DNA of 64,000 nucleotides, from assembly GCF_009914755.1 (NCBI RefSeq), contig NC_060936.1. One strand, written 5' to 3'. The first letter of the stretch is position 1. Every line of letters starts with the position of its first letter. The position numbers and the translations under genes are program-made. The notes under the pieces are model-generated. The model did not search any database. It was given only the letters and a program-made list of their open reading frames with translations, and had not been told where the DNA came from. The stretch comes from the human T2T-CHM13v2.0 reference genome, Homo sapiens. Below, piece after piece: positions 62,410 to 64,000 of this stretch.

Positions 62410-63162
62410 TTAAAAAAGAAATATTCGAACAGAGTGTTATAATTGCTGGGGAGCTATTGTGCCACTTTACCCCTGTTTAGGGGAGCCAGTTGAGTGAGCT
62501 CATCCATATGACCTGGATGGGGGTGAGCATCATCTCTGGGCTTCTGTATTGTAGGACCAGATGCTTCTCCTTTCTGCTTTTCCTTCATGGAAACATAGCT
62601 TATCTTTGACATAGCTTATTCTTTCTACATGACTTCTCCTCTAATCAGTCACTACTTTGAGAAAAATTATATTCCCATACTATGTAATTCCAATTCTTGA
62701 GCTTTTTATCTTTCCGTATTACTAAGGTTTTTTATTTTTACTGATATAGCTGTAGGTCATAACATCCCTACCTCCAAACCCTATTTTTGTTATCCTACTT
62801 TAAGTTTTTATTTATTTATTTTTACTTTGGACATTGCAATAATCTTGTCTGTATTCTCTGCTACCAGTCCTAAATCAAATGTTATATATATTTCCATAAG
62901 TTATGGAATGAATGGTGAAATTAAGACAGGCAGATACTCTCAGATATAAGAATCAGACCTACTACTAACTAACACAAGTGAGAGCTAGGCTCTTTGTCAC
63001 AGAAAAAGTGGTACAAAGGCTTTTCCTCCTGATAAATACCAACTTCAGAAGGGAAGGGATTTAGTAACTCCACTGCAAGATAACTTTTCCATATATAGTG
63101 TTATATATGTTCATAAAATCATGTTCCTTTTCTACTTAAAAACCTCTGATTATTCTATAGGC

Positions 63163-63322
63163 CAGAAGTTCCTAAGTTATAGTCACTGAACCAGCAGCAT
63201 CAACATTGTTGGTAAATGTTTAGTAATGTAAATTCTCAGACACCACCCTAGACAAAGTGAATCAGAAATCTGTACTTTAGGAAACCTGCCAGTGATTTTG
63301 AGACACTTTTTGAGAACTACTG
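63163..63322. mobile_element. MER5A (hAT-Charlie)
   Basis: ACCAGCAGCATCAACAT...TGAATCAGAAA...TTTGAGAACTACTG; degenerate TSD CTATAGGC/CTGTAGGT. Confidence 0.8.
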
Positions 63323-63777
63323 CTGTAGGTAGCAAGACAAAGCCTGTACTCCTTACCAGGCATGGAGGACCTTTGATAAGCTTTACCTCCACAGCCACTG
63401 CTTATGCTATATCTTCATTGCTCTCCTACCCCAACTGTTACCGTTCTAAGCTTCTTATCATTCTCAGAACATGACATGACGTATACTTCCCTGCCCCATG
63501 CTTTGCTAAGCTGTTCTGATTTAATCAAGAGTGTTTTTTCTTACCCACCTGCTTGGGAAATTCCCACAGAAGCAAGAAGCAGCAAGGTAGAGGGGAAAGA
63601 GTGTGAACAGCCTTGAGTTAAAATCTGTCGACTGTGGTGTTCAGATGTGTCCACTTTTGCTTGGCTTTTCTTATCTGAAAATGGGGCTAATGATACGTTA
63701 GCATTATTATCAAGACCGAAAACAAAATGTTCTGTATAAAGCACCTATCTTTCTATCAACTAGAGTTCAGTACTGTA

Positions 63778-63957
63778 ATTTTTTTTTAGGTGAAATTCAC
63801 ATAACATAAAATTTACCATTTTAAAGTGTATGACTCAGTGACATTCAGTACATTCATGATGTTGAGCAACCATCACCTCTATCTATTTCCAAAATATATC
63901 AACACTTCCAGAGGAGACTCTGTACCCAGTCACTTTCTATTCCCTCTCCTCTCCTCA
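63778..63957 (-). mobile_element. L1MB-type 3' end, followed by (TTTG)n
   Basis: GGTGAAATTCACATAACATAAAATTTACCATTTTAAAGTGTA...GCAACCATCACCTCTATCT. Confidence 0.82.
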
Positions 63958-64000
63958 ATGGTTTTTTGTTTGTTTGTTTGTTTGTTTGTTTAAATTGACA

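Overview
Primate, very probably human, genomic DNA. The species call rests on an AluYa5 carrying all five diagnostic bases, alongside L1PA3 and LTR12C. The window reads as the interior of one or two long introns of a gene transcribed on the + strand, judged from apparent T/G richness of the + strand and the + orientation of the best exon candidate. I find no protein-coding exon, RNA gene or CRISPR array, and the ORFs in the six-frame track are Alu, LTR, L1 or low-complexity artefacts. Repeat content is about 35 Alu units, a full solo LTR12C (ERV9) inserted inside an Alu, MER4A/MLT1/THE1 LTRs, a 5'-truncated L1PA3, old L1M/L2/MIR fragments and hAT transposons. The best non-repeat feature is a 144-nt exon candidate (28490-28633), closed in all three frames, which fully contains a 17-codon uORF with three in-frame AUGs. 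I could not identify the host gene. I see no convincing new biological system. The most testable ideas are an LTR12C promoter splicing into that exon, a second TATA-type start near 54.9 kb, a 21-nt microexon or recursive splice site, closely spaced inverted Alus and a possibly polymorphic AluYa5. Repeat subfamily names come from recalled consensus sequences and need RepeatMasker/Dfam confirmation.
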